From positions 338,630-402,629 of the forward strand of contig CAYPEN010000002.1 in assembly GCA_964409875.1 (NCBI GenBank): a DNA stretch of 64,000 nt. Direction: 5' to 3'. Positions 36,987-46,379 of the stretch are shown in pieces. The notes below the pieces were generated by a model. It saw nothing but the letters and a program-made list of their open reading frames with translations. It did not search any database and was not told the origin of the DNA. Source of the stretch: an uncultured Gammaproteobacteria bacterium. GTDB lineage: Bacteria; Patescibacteriota; Microgenomatia; Levybacterales; GWA1-39-11. The first letter of the stretch is position 1. Every line of letters starts with the position of its first letter. A program made the position numbers and the translations under genes.

Positions 36987-37733
36987 TTATGGGGTAGGCG
37001 TTGTTGTAGCGGTTATTGTTGGTGATGTTGTTACTCCTATGAGTTGTCCCAAATCTTTGTGAGCTTTAACAACTGCCTGTTGGGAAGCTACGACTTTTGC
37101 CCGTACCGCCTTAATATCGCTCATAAATTGTTGGATGGTAGTTGCTGCTGCACTTCTTAGGGCGGTTTCGGTTGTAATATTCATTGTATACTCTTTTGCC
37201 GCTTGGGTTGATACTGCAGTTTTGGCTGCATCTATTGCAGTCTGAGCTGCTGTTATATCCGATGCAAGAGTCGTAGTGTTTTTTCCTTCGGATTTAAGAG
37301 TTGCCTCTTTGGTGGAAATCTTTCCAAGTATTGTAGTGAGTCTTTCGAGCCGTTCGCTCATTTCAGTTGTTCTGTTCTTATTAATTGTTGCGATACGCGT
37401 ATCGAGGTTAGAGATAATTTCTTGCTTCTTTGCATCCTTTATCGCGGCCATTTTTGTTTTGAATTCTTCGCGTGCTTGCTGCATTTTCTCTTTCATCGCA
37501 TCCCTTGCTTCAGTCTTTGCTTCCTTCGCCTCTTCCCGCAGAGTTGCAACCGGACGCTTGAGAGGTAGTTTTGAATTGACGGCAGGTGTGGTAGTAGCGG
37601 TCTCTGTAGTAGTGGAATCGGTTGCCTCAGTTGCTGTTACGGTATTGGTAGTCCTTGTAGTTTCTTGAGCAAGGGCAAAAGCCGGGGAAACCAGAAAAAC
37701 AAAAGAAGACACAAGGATGAGCAGTTTTTTCAC
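36987..37733 (-). CDS. Secreted Thr-rich coiled-coil protein
   Basis: Signal peptide (MKKLLILVSSFVFLVSPAFALA), a Thr-rich N-terminal stretch, a long charged helical region, and a Thr/Pro-rich C-terminus. Confidence 0.5.
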   Translation of the reverse strand: MKKLLILVSSFVFLVSPAFALAQETTRTTNTVTATEATDSTTTETATTTPAVNSKLPLKRPVATLREEAKEAKTEARDAMKEKMQQAREEFKTKMAAIKDAKKQEIISNLDTRIATINKNRTTEMSERLERLTTILGKISTKEATLKSEGKNTTTLASDITAAQTAIDAAKTAVSTQAAKEYTMNITTETALRSAAATTIQQFMSDIKAVRAKVVASQQAVVKAHKDLGQLIGVTTSPTITATTTPTP

Positions 37734-37842
37734 AGTACTTTATGATAGCTAAAACGTTTCAGAATTGTCAAGTTCGGATATAGATATACCTTTCTTTTCA
37801 TAGACATATTATTAACCGAAAGACTTATTGTTTGAATAAATA

Positions 37843-39474
37843 TTAATAACGTCTGTTTCTTGCGGATTGGCTGCTTTCATACTTACTTTTCAGACGTGCC
37901 AAATTGTACCTGAGGGTTATATCATTCGGATATTTCTCAAGTGCTTTTTTGACGAACGCGATACCTTCCTTTTTGTCACCATATACTAAATACAAGGAGG
38001 ATAAATTGTCATAGGTTAACTGATAATCTCCTAGACTTAAGGATTTCTTGTATGCATCCATTGAGTCTTTAAAATTTCCCAAAAGAAAATTTGCTGCTCC
38101 TAAGCTGTTGTAGCCAACTACACCGGGATAAATTTTTATAGAATTTTGTGCATGAAGTTTTACGGCTCGATAATCTTTTTTTGTAAAATAATAGAATGAC
38201 AGTTCATCTTCAAGATTATATGCTTCTTTTGAAACCTTCAAATCATGAGTTGCGATAGTTAAATCATTTCTCCAATCAAAACTTCTAATAAAGGTCCGCA
38301 TTGATAGAAGAATGATGATTATCGCAATACCAAAAATGAGTTTTTTACTTTTCATGTTGATTTTGAAATATGTTATGACAATTCCCGCCATACCTAAGAG
38401 TCCAATTATTGGAAAGTAAAACCACCTTTCCGCAACGGTGCCATCTAGTGGCAATAGTTGTAGATGGAGTAAAATTCCAGTCAAAAACCATGTGAAGAAA
38501 AAAATATAAGTCTTAAAATAATTCTTTTTTTTCCGAAGAAGATGGAATGGATAAATTATTGTTAAGAGAAAAAGCGCATCAATTATTAGGGGGAGAATAA
38601 AGTTTCCAAAATTAACTCTTGCATGCACCCATAAGTGGGACATGGAAAGGTTAAAAGGAAAAAGGAATGTTTTGAGATAAAAATAGAGTACTGCCGGTAT
38701 ATTCAGTAAACGAACGAGGAGATCAGTTTTTTGTATGGGAGTTAAAACTATGGAATGAATAAAAGTGTTAGAGGCTTTTATTTTTAAAACAAAATAAATG
38801 AATGATAAAAAAGAAAAATTAACCAAAATATATTGGAACGGTCTCTTTTGTCTAAACAGAACAAGTACTAGGGATAGAAGAATGAAAAGAATACCTGTTT
38901 CTTTTGAAAGAGGTGAACAAAGCAAAAAAAGACCCCCAAAAAATAAGCTTTTTTTTGAGTTATATTTTTCAAGAATTATTATTCCCATCATTCCAAAAAA
39001 GAAAAAAAGAACATCTTGTGTTCCAGCAATATAAAATGCGGATTCGCTATTCATAGGGTGCACAAGAAAAATAAGTGAGAGGATAAATGCAATCTCTTTT
39101 TTAAAGAAACTTTTGAAGAAGATATAAACAAGAAGCGAGTTAATTATGTAGAGAGCGATTTGAAAAGCATGAAAGACAAAAGGCGCAGGGCCAAAAATGG
39201 TATTAAGTACTGCGTACATGGATGTAAAAATTGGTTTATATGAAGAGCCAAACAATGAAGATTTGTTATTTTTAAAGCTAATGCTTTCCGAAAAATATTT
39301 GGGAATATTCTCAATAGTTAGGATGTGTTCTTTGTCTACTATTTGAGGAAAATCATCCCCAATAAATCCATTGAAAAGCCCATTAAAAAAAACCGTAACA
39401 CCAACTACAAAAAATAGGAAAAAAACTTTTTTGTTGGTAATTGGAATTACAAGACTTTTAAATACTTTTTGCAT
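37843..39474 (-). CDS. GT-C fold glycosyltransferase-like membrane protein (PMT_2/TMTC-like, DUF1736-type) with C-terminal TPR repeats
   Basis: N-terminal loop FIGDDFPQI (GT-C DD motif after TM1), about 11 TM helices, and a C-terminal soluble TPR region (YNSLGAANFLLGNFKDSMDAYKKSL...). Confidence 0.55.
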   Translation of the reverse strand: MQKVFKSLVIPITNKKVFFLFFVVGVTVFFNGLFNGFIGDDFPQIVDKEHILTIENIPKYFSESISFKNNKSSLFGSSYKPIFTSMYAVLNTIFGPAPFVFHAFQIALYIINSLLVYIFFKSFFKKEIAFILSLIFLVHPMNSESAFYIAGTQDVLFFFFGMMGIIILEKYNSKKSLFFGGLFLLCSPLSKETGILFILLSLVLVLFRQKRPFQYILVNFSFLSFIYFVLKIKASNTFIHSIVLTPIQKTDLLVRLLNIPAVLYFYLKTFLFPFNLSMSHLWVHARVNFGNFILPLIIDALFLLTIIYPFHLLRKKKNYFKTYIFFFTWFLTGILLHLQLLPLDGTVAERWFYFPIIGLLGMAGIVITYFKINMKSKKLIFGIAIIIILLSMRTFIRSFDWRNDLTIATHDLKVSKEAYNLEDELSFYYFTKKDYRAVKLHAQNSIKIYPGVVGYNSLGAANFLLGNFKDSMDAYKKSLSLGDYQLTYDNLSSLYLVYGDKKEGIAFVKKALEKYPNDITLRYNLARLKSKYESSQSARNRRY

Positions 39475-39525
39475 ACAGAGTTATCGCTTATATGCATATT
39501 ATCACCAAGATCCTGGGGAAGGAAA

Positions 39526-40662
39526 TTACAATTGTCCCTTTTTGATTTCTTCTCTGAGGTTTTCAACATAGGCATTGAAAAAAAAGAGATTGTGCATGGT
39601 CATAAGCCTAAGACCAGTTATTTCTTTTGCGCGCAACAAATGGGCAATATAATTTCTTTTATAGTTTTGGCACGTTGAACATTTGCATTTTTCATCCAAT
39701 GGTTTTTTGTCGGTTAGAAATTGAGATTTACGAAGATCAAGTCTTCCTGTTGAGGTGAAAGCGATTCCGTGCCGTGCGTAGTGCGTTGGGACGATGCAGT
39801 CGAAAGTGTCAATTCCCGCTTTCATTATCTGAGGAATATCCTCCAAATGCCCGATTCCCAAAAGATGGATTGGTTTTTCTTGCGGCAAATATTGTAGGGT
39901 AAAGCCAAGCATTTCACTCATCGTCTTTTTTTCATCCCCGAATTCCCCACCAATCCCAAACCCGTCGACAGGAAGAGAGCCGATGAATTTTGCTGATTCG
40001 ACTCTCAACTCTTCAAATTTGCCGCCCTGTACAATGCCATAAAGTGCCTGGTCTGTTTTTTTACTATCAAGGCATATTTTTGCCCAGCGGTGGGTTTTTT
40101 CAAGTGAGCGTTTCGTATATTCATAGTCTGCAACTGGAGATGTGCACTCATCAAAGGCAAACATGATGTCGGCTCCGATTGCCTCCTGGATCTTGATTGA
40201 TTCTTTGGGACCGATAAAAAGGCGCCTTCCATCGACCGGGCTTCTGAAAAAGACTCCATCCTCCGTAATTTTTACGTTTTTGGGTTTTTTTCCTGCTTTT
40301 ATGGTAAGGTCCGATTTCTGCTTCAAGATTTTCCCCACTCCATGGTCGCGTCCAAATCCTAACGAGAAGACTTGGAAACCGCCGGAATCAGTCATAAGGG
40401 GCCTGTCCCAGTTCATAAATGTATGTATTCCGCCGGCTTTTTTGAGATACTCTTCACCCGGTTTTAGATGCAAGTGGAAGGTATTGGCTATCAAAATTTG
40501 AGTGCCGGAAAGTTTTACTTCATCAGAAGTGAGGGTTTTGACTACGGCTTGGGTTCCAACACCCACGAAAGACGGGGTTTCGACTTCTCCATGAGGAGTC
40601 TTAAGAATTCCAATTCTTGCGTTTGATTTCTTGCTTTTAAAAACGGTTTTGAATTCAATCAT
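39526..40662 (-). CDS. tgt: tRNA-guanine transglycosylase (queuine tRNA-ribosyltransferase)
   Basis: Tgt TIM-barrel motifs (FMNWDRPLMTDSGGFQVFSL; catalytic Asp region) and the C-terminal zinc site CKCSTCQNYKRNYIAHL. Confidence 0.9.
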   Translation of the reverse strand: MIEFKTVFKSKKSNARIGILKTPHGEVETPSFVGVGTQAVVKTLTSDEVKLSGTQILIANTFHLHLKPGEEYLKKAGGIHTFMNWDRPLMTDSGGFQVFSLGFGRDHGVGKILKQKSDLTIKAGKKPKNVKITEDGVFFRSPVDGRRLFIGPKESIKIQEAIGADIMFAFDECTSPVADYEYTKRSLEKTHRWAKICLDSKKTDQALYGIVQGGKFEELRVESAKFIGSLPVDGFGIGGEFGDEKKTMSEMLGFTLQYLPQEKPIHLLGIGHLEDIPQIMKAGIDTFDCIVPTHYARHGIAFTSTGRLDLRKSQFLTDKKPLDEKCKCSTCQNYKRNYIAHLLRAKEITGLRLMTMHNLFFFNAYVENLREEIKKGQL

Positions 40663-40698
40663 GAAGAGTATTATATCAATTTTGAGGCGGAATTGTTG

Positions 40699-41154
40699 CT
40701 AACGGAGTTTTTTTGCGATAAGACTCAAATCCCCATTTAAAATGATGGACTTAAGGCCATGCACTTCCTCTTTGATATTTAAATTTTCATCAATGGGATT
40801 AAGAATAAAGATGGGCTTTTTGTTGATAAAAGCCAGAGTCATCTCCATGAGCGCATTACCTCCTATATACCCTTGAAGGCCGTTCTTCTCATAATTTGTA
40901 ACAAGGATTGCGTCTGATTCAACGACTTTCTTGAAGTGGCCAAGCATCAGTTTTGTTTTTTTCGAATAATCGTGTGGATTTTTATACCACGTCTTGTAGT
41001 GGGACACATCAAAATCATTATTTTTTTTCATGATATTTGCGGTTTTTGGGATTTTGACGGCAAAGCCCATTTTTTTGAGCTCTATTTCGACTTCAAGAAC
41101 TTGCTTATAGTGAGTTGCCGATGAGCAGATAGTGATTATCTTTTTGCTGCTCAC
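40699..41154 (-). CDS. Nucleoside 2-deoxyribosyltransferase/DNPH1-like Rossmann protein (hypothetical)
   Basis: 151 aa. The ITICSSATHYK ... DAILVTNYEKNGLQGYIGGNALMEMTLAFINKKPIFIL pattern resembles the NDT/Rcl family (conserved Glu in MEM). Weak. Confidence 0.35.
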   Translation of the reverse strand: MSSKKIITICSSATHYKQVLEVEIELKKMGFAVKIPKTANIMKKNNDFDVSHYKTWYKNPHDYSKKTKLMLGHFKKVVESDAILVTNYEKNGLQGYIGGNALMEMTLAFINKKPIFILNPIDENLNIKEEVHGLKSIILNGDLSLIAKKLR

Positions 41155-41930
41155 TTTTTCTCAAAATAGAGGGTCACAGTTGAGGTGATGGTTTGTGTAC
41201 CGGGCTGCAGGTCGGGGACAGGAGCGTTAGTGCCACCGCCCATTCCCATAGCTTCTTTACTGTAGAGCATAGGAAGTGGGCCGGGGCTATTTGTGCTTTC
41301 TACAATATTTGTTACTTTTCCAAGCTTAATACCAAGTTGTGAGGCGAGCTTTTGGGCTTGCTCTTTGGCATTGTCAATTGCCTTTTGGCGGGCTTGCTCC
41401 TGGTATTTTTCCGGTTTGTCAACTGAATAGTTGGTGCCCATTACTTGGTTAGCACCAGCTTTTGTGCCCGCTTCAATTACTTGTGGAAGCTTTGAAGTGT
41501 CTTTTACTTTAATGGTAACTGTCGTGTTCCCGTTGTAGCCGGTGATAACTCCTGTTCCTCCTTTTGAATAATCATAATTCGGAACAATGGAATAATTTGA
41601 GGTTTTGATATCTCCTTTTTCAATTCCTAGTCCTCTGACATTTTCAACAATTGCATTGTTGACCGTATTAATTTTGCTCTGTGCCTCATCAATTGTTTTG
41701 GCATCGTTGATAACTATACCCAAGTCAACAGAAGCGGTGTCGGGTACGATATCGACCTTCCCAACTCCGACAACGGCAAGTTCACCCGAAGCCTGTCTTT
41801 GGGTAACTGCGAGCGGATAGGAAATATTGAAATAATTGACTGCCCATAGGAAGAGAAGGGTTATGACAAGAAGAATGATATAGGTGGGGAATATTCTATT
41901 TTCTTTCAGCTCCTTAATAATGCTGTTCAT
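41151..41930 (-). CDS. SIMPL-domain (DUF541) protein with N-terminal membrane anchor
   Basis: N-terminal TM segment. SIMPL-like pattern VVGVGKVDIVPDTASVDLGIVINDAKTIDEA ... DIKTSNYSIVPNYDY. Confidence 0.65.
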   Translation of the reverse strand: MNSIIKELKENRIFPTYIILLVITLLFLWAVNYFNISYPLAVTQRQASGELAVVGVGKVDIVPDTASVDLGIVINDAKTIDEAQSKINTVNNAIVENVRGLGIEKGDIKTSNYSIVPNYDYSKGGTGVITGYNGNTTVTIKVKDTSKLPQVIEAGTKAGANQVMGTNYSVDKPEKYQEQARQKAIDNAKEQAQKLASQLGIKLGKVTNIVESTNSPGPLPMLYSKEAMGMGGGTNAPVPDLQPGTQTITSTVTLYFEKK

Positions 41931-42220
41931 GTAGTTAGTTTAAAATAACGGGTGATTTAAATCAAGATTAAATGCGCAAAAACAAATTCTTTCTCTCTAT
42001 CACAAAAACCGAAGCCTCCTAACAAAGCGTTTTTTTCTCTGATACTTTTGTGCCGTCAAAAGTATCCAAAAGCTCTCAACATGTCGCGTTCAGAGTATTC
42101 CAAACTCCGTTTCATTCACTGAAATTTTAACTCACTTCGTTCAAACACAAAATTTTCCTGGCGTTCATTTCACTTTGTTTTCCATACGCTTCGCGCGAAA
42201 ATGTCGATTCAATTGTTCCT

Positions 42221-43018
42221 TTATTTTATTGAAAAACTATAGTTTTTTTCTGTTATAAATCCTTCGGATGTTAACTCAGAAAGTGCTCTTATTAGAAATT
42301 CCCTATTCTCAAAATGTTCTTCAAGTGCCTTCCGGCTTAAGGGTTTTTCGATAAGAAGTTTGAGAATTTTACCGCGGACTTGCCGTACAGACCCTTCGAA
42401 TTTTGTTTGTATTTTATAATGCTTACTTTTCCTATTTGGGTTGGTGACGGTTTTTCCTAAATACGCGCCGTAATCCATGAGAGCATAATAGAATTGCCTG
42501 GGATTTTTCATATCAAGAGAAGCCGCAATCAATGGGTACAATTCTTTATCAGTCACGTTTTCTTTTTCACGGAAGAATTCATGAATAAATACACGGCGGA
42601 TATTTGTTTCGATAAATACCGCAGGCTTATTGAAGGCAAAAGCTATTACCGCACCGGCCGTATTTGGGCCAATTCCCGGCAGCGTCATGAGCTCTTCTTT
42701 GAGGCTAGGGAGGTTACCTTTATACTTTTCACAAACGGTTTCGGCTGTCCTTTTAAGATACAATGCGCGTCTGTTGTATCCCAATCCTTGCCACACGGTA
42801 AGCACGTTGCTTTGGGGAGCTTTTGTTAAATGTGAAAAGGACGGAAATGCTTTCAAAAAGGCTACATATTTGTCTACTACCCGCCCTGTTTGGGTTTGTT
42901 GTAGCATGATTTCTGAGACGAGAATTTCATAAGGGTCGAGTGTTTCCCGCCAGGGAAAACTCCGTTTGTTTTTGCTATAAAATCTCCGGATTTTTTCTTT
43001 GAAAGAAGTTATCTTCAC
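42221..43018 (-). CDS. HhH-GPD DNA glycosylase, MutY/Nth-like, lacking the 4Fe-4S cysteine motif
   Basis: FPWRETLDPYEILVSEIMLQQT start and the helix-hairpin-helix LPGIGPNTAGAVIAFAF. No Cys-x6-Cys-x2-Cys-x5-Cys cluster in the C-terminal half. Start set at a GTG (43018) to avoid a 155-nt overlap with the upstream RND gene; the ORF track start is 43192. Confidence 0.55.
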   Translation of the reverse strand: MKITSFKEKIRRFYSKNKRSFPWRETLDPYEILVSEIMLQQTQTGRVVDKYVAFLKAFPSFSHLTKAPQSNVLTVWQGLGYNRRALYLKRTAETVCEKYKGNLPSLKEELMTLPGIGPNTAGAVIAFAFNKPAVFIETNIRRVFIHEFFREKENVTDKELYPLIAASLDMKNPRQFYYALMDYGAYLGKTVTNPNRKSKHYKIQTKFEGSVRQVRGKILKLLIEKPLSRKALEEHFENREFLIRALSELTSEGFITEKNYSFSIK

Positions 43019-43037
43019 AGAAGGTATTGTACCCCAG

Positions 43038-46000
43038 TTACGAATGCTTGTAGTAGCGTGAGTACACCATATAGTAGACGACGGGAATGAAAAACAGCAT
43101 GATAATGCCTGAAAAAGAAAGTCCGGCAATAATAGCGCCACCAAGTCCACGCCACAATGGGTTTGAAAGAGATATCGGAACAAGTCCGACAATAGTCGTA
43201 AAAGAGCCTATAAATACGGGTTCCAGCCTGCTTGCCGCTCCGTCTGCAATTGCTTCTTTGAAGGGCATACCAAAAGCTAAATTTCGGTTGAATTTATCAA
43301 CCAAAAACATAGCGTGTGTTACAACAATTCCAAATAGGGAAAGGACTCCAATAAGTGCCGGAAAAGAAAGAGGAGTTCCGGTGAGGGCAAATACCACAAA
43401 TACGCCGGATACGGCAACAGGAATGACAAGCATAACGATGAGTGCTTTCCTGTAGCTTCTGAATTGCACGACCATGGTTGCTAAAATAAGGATTCCTGCA
43501 AGTATCATAGCTTGTAGAATTGAGGCAACGGACTTTTGATTTTCTTCATTTGCCCCTCCTGTTTTGTACGAATATCCATCGGGAAGATTGAGGTTTTTTA
43601 CATACTCCAGGAGTTTCTGATTGGCTCCGCTTACTGAATATCCTGCAGTTACCCCTGCGCTCACTGAAATGGTTCTTTTTGTGTCAAAATGAGTGATGCT
43701 GGTCGGGTTGCTTTCAAGCTTTAAAGTCCCTACTGAAAGAAGAGGAATGTAGTCCCCATTTTGATTTGGAACTGCAAGACGGCCCAAGTCTTCAGGGCTT
43801 TGCGTTGATGTATCCATCCTGAATACTATGTCCCTGGCTTCTTTCTGTCCAAATTTAACACTTTTGAATGTAAAACCGTTCGTAAATGTTCTCATCCACA
43901 ACCCTAATGACTCTTGAGAAAGGCCGGCATCTGTTAACTTTGCAAAATCTGGCACAAAAGTTAGCTTTGCTGTCCCCGGGTTGACGGATTTGGTGGCATT
44001 GATGATGCCCGGTTGCTTCGAAAGAAAAGCAATAATTTTATCTGCGTATGCATCAAGTTGAGTCAAATCATCACCCAGAAGTTGTACCTGGACATCGGCT
44101 CCTGCGGGTGGACCGCCAGATTGCTCTATGACTGTTATCTTGCCGTCAAAATTAAGAGTTTGGATGTCACGCCTTAGCTTTTCTGCGATGTGAATTGAGT
44201 CAATTCTCCTTTTGTGTTTTTCCGGAAGAGCCAATGTAAAGAGTGTGATATTGGAACCCGATTTGAAGTCACTATTGCCTTGGTTGATTCCCCGTCCTAC
44301 TTCCGACGTAACATATTCAATGCCTTTTGTTTTCCGGAGAAATTCTTGCAGTTTCAATGAGTCTCTGGTCGTTGTTTGGGTATTGGTTCCGCTCGGAAGT
44401 TCAAGATTTACATACAGCTGGTCGCCTTCGCTTTTAGGGAAGAATTCGTTAGTGACAAAACCAAGAGGTACGAGAAGATAGGAAAATAGAGCAAATAAAA
44501 CTACACCCAAAATGACCTTTCTACGTGCCCCTTTTGAGGAGAGAACACGTAAAATGATGTGCTTGTAATATGCTGCAAAATGCTCAATATCGATAATGCG
44601 TTCATTGAAGCGCAAGACGAATTTTTTTCCATGAAAAACCATATCTTTTTTGAAGTATCGGTTAAGATGGCGTATAAAAATCCTACGCTGTCTTAGGAAA
44701 ATAAAACCTAAAAGGAAGAAAAGAAGGATGATAAAAAGAGAGAATGGATTGCCTTTGAGCAGTACAAAAAGGAGCGCGGCAATAAGTATGATGCCGATAG
44801 TTTTTAGCAGAATTACTACTCTTTTTGGGAGGTTAAGTTTTAATATCACAATCATAAGAGGAATTGTGATAAGAACGGCAATTGCGGTAGATGAATAAAG
44901 GGTAGTTGCCACAACAATAGGGATTGTTTTAATAAATTCGCCGATGATGCCGGTTGCAATAAGAAGCGGCAAGAATGCCCACGCAGTTGTGATAGTAGTG
45001 CTCCAAATCGGCACAATTAAGTCACGCCACACCAAAAGACCGGTCTGTTCAGGCGTGAATTTGCGGGTTCTATAATACGAGGTCATGCCCGTCACGACCA
45101 CTATCGTGTCATCCACAAGAAGCCCCAGGGCTAAAAGAAGCGAGAAAAGAGTCAAGAAGTTGAGGGAAAGTCCGATGATGTTGATGACGGTGAAAGTCAC
45201 TAAGAATGTCAAAGGAATCGTAAGAACTGCAATAAGAGCTTGCCTTATTCCCAAAAAGACGAGGAAGGTAATAAAAACGAGGATGAGTGTGTCGCGGAAG
45301 CTATCGGTGAGGTTTCCGAATTCTTCATCGATAAGCTTTGACGTATCTGTAATGGTAAGAACTTCAAGGGTGTCTTTGTATGGATGTAATGTTTCATCCG
45401 TAATTTCCCTCATCCTTTTGACCGCATTATCAATTGTGGCCGAACTGTTTTTGTATACATAGAACGTCGCCACCATTGAGGGTTTGGATTTGTTATTTGC
45501 TATAAAGGATTTTTGTAAATCAGGCTTTGAGCGTTCGGAAATTGTGGCAACATCCGAAAGTTTGATTTGGGAATTTTGAATGGTAAGAACAGTGTTTCTT
45601 AATTCGCCAACCGATGAAATAGCTGGATTGATGCCAAGCGGATACGAAAGCTCTTTTGTGCTGATGTTGCCCGCAGGATAGGACGAGAGAAGACCTGTGA
45701 CTTTTTGAGAAAGTGTAATAGGGTTCAATTTATAATTGACCGCTTTTTCAGGGTCAACAAGTATTTGGATTTCTTGTTGTTCAAGCCCTGAGATAGTAAC
45801 TCTATCAACAATACTATCGTCCTCAAGTTTTTCTTTTAGGGTGTTTGAAAACCGTAAAAGAGAAGCGGGGTCATTTCCTTTGACCGAAAAAATCCAAACA
45901 GGTTGGTCTTCAAAATCAAAGCGTTTTACTACCGGCGTCTTTGCATCTTCGGGTAAAGTATTTACCGAATCGACAGCAGATTTCATATCCGCCTCAGCTT

Positions 46001-46361
46001 TCTCGGGAGAAGTGGTGGAGCTGAACTGGGCAATAACTGTTGACACCGACTCATTCGAAACAGAATTGAGTTCTGTCAGTCCCTTTACACCTTTGACTGC
46101 GTCTTCAACAGGATTTGTTACCAAATCCTCAACGTCTTTAGGATTTGCTCCGGGAAGGACTGTTGAAACAGAGACAATCGGTAGTTTTACTTCCGGATTG
46201 AGTCTTCTTGGAAGCGCGATAAAGCTTGTGACTCCCGCAACAACGATGATAATAACGAGCAATACGACAATTCGTATGTTAGTTAGAAATTTTGCCTTAA
46301 ATGTTCCCAGCAATTTTGGGTCAAATTTCAGACGGGCCAGATATGAACCTTCTTTTTCCAT
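43038..46361 (-). CDS. RND-superfamily efflux permease (AcrB/HAE-like, 12 TM with two large extracytoplasmic loops)
   Basis: 1107 aa. Typical N-terminus (FLTNIRIVVLLVIIIVVAGVTSFIALP...E-loop), two TM bundles and two large loops. Confidence 0.85.
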   Translation of the reverse strand: MEKEGSYLARLKFDPKLLGTFKAKFLTNIRIVVLLVIIIVVAGVTSFIALPRRLNPEVKLPIVSVSTVLPGANPKDVEDLVTNPVEDAVKGVKGLTELNSVSNESVSTVIAQFSSTTSPEKAEADMKSAVDSVNTLPEDAKTPVVKRFDFEDQPVWIFSVKGNDPASLLRFSNTLKEKLEDDSIVDRVTISGLEQQEIQILVDPEKAVNYKLNPITLSQKVTGLLSSYPAGNISTKELSYPLGINPAISSVGELRNTVLTIQNSQIKLSDVATISERSKPDLQKSFIANNKSKPSMVATFYVYKNSSATIDNAVKRMREITDETLHPYKDTLEVLTITDTSKLIDEEFGNLTDSFRDTLILVFITFLVFLGIRQALIAVLTIPLTFLVTFTVINIIGLSLNFLTLFSLLLALGLLVDDTIVVVTGMTSYYRTRKFTPEQTGLLVWRDLIVPIWSTTITTAWAFLPLLIATGIIGEFIKTIPIVVATTLYSSTAIAVLITIPLMIVILKLNLPKRVVILLKTIGIILIAALLFVLLKGNPFSLFIILLFFLLGFIFLRQRRIFIRHLNRYFKKDMVFHGKKFVLRFNERIIDIEHFAAYYKHIILRVLSSKGARRKVILGVVLFALFSYLLVPLGFVTNEFFPKSEGDQLYVNLELPSGTNTQTTTRDSLKLQEFLRKTKGIEYVTSEVGRGINQGNSDFKSGSNITLFTLALPEKHKRRIDSIHIAEKLRRDIQTLNFDGKITVIEQSGGPPAGADVQVQLLGDDLTQLDAYADKIIAFLSKQPGIINATKSVNPGTAKLTFVPDFAKLTDAGLSQESLGLWMRTFTNGFTFKSVKFGQKEARDIVFRMDTSTQSPEDLGRLAVPNQNGDYIPLLSVGTLKLESNPTSITHFDTKRTISVSAGVTAGYSVSGANQKLLEYVKNLNLPDGYSYKTGGANEENQKSVASILQAMILAGILILATMVVQFRSYRKALIVMLVIPVAVSGVFVVFALTGTPLSFPALIGVLSLFGIVVTHAMFLVDKFNRNLAFGMPFKEAIADGAASRLEPVFIGSFTTIVGLVPISLSNPLWRGLGGAIIAGLSFSGIIMLFFIPVVYYMVYSRYYKHS

Positions 46362-46379
46362 GTGTTTTTTTGTGGGAAG

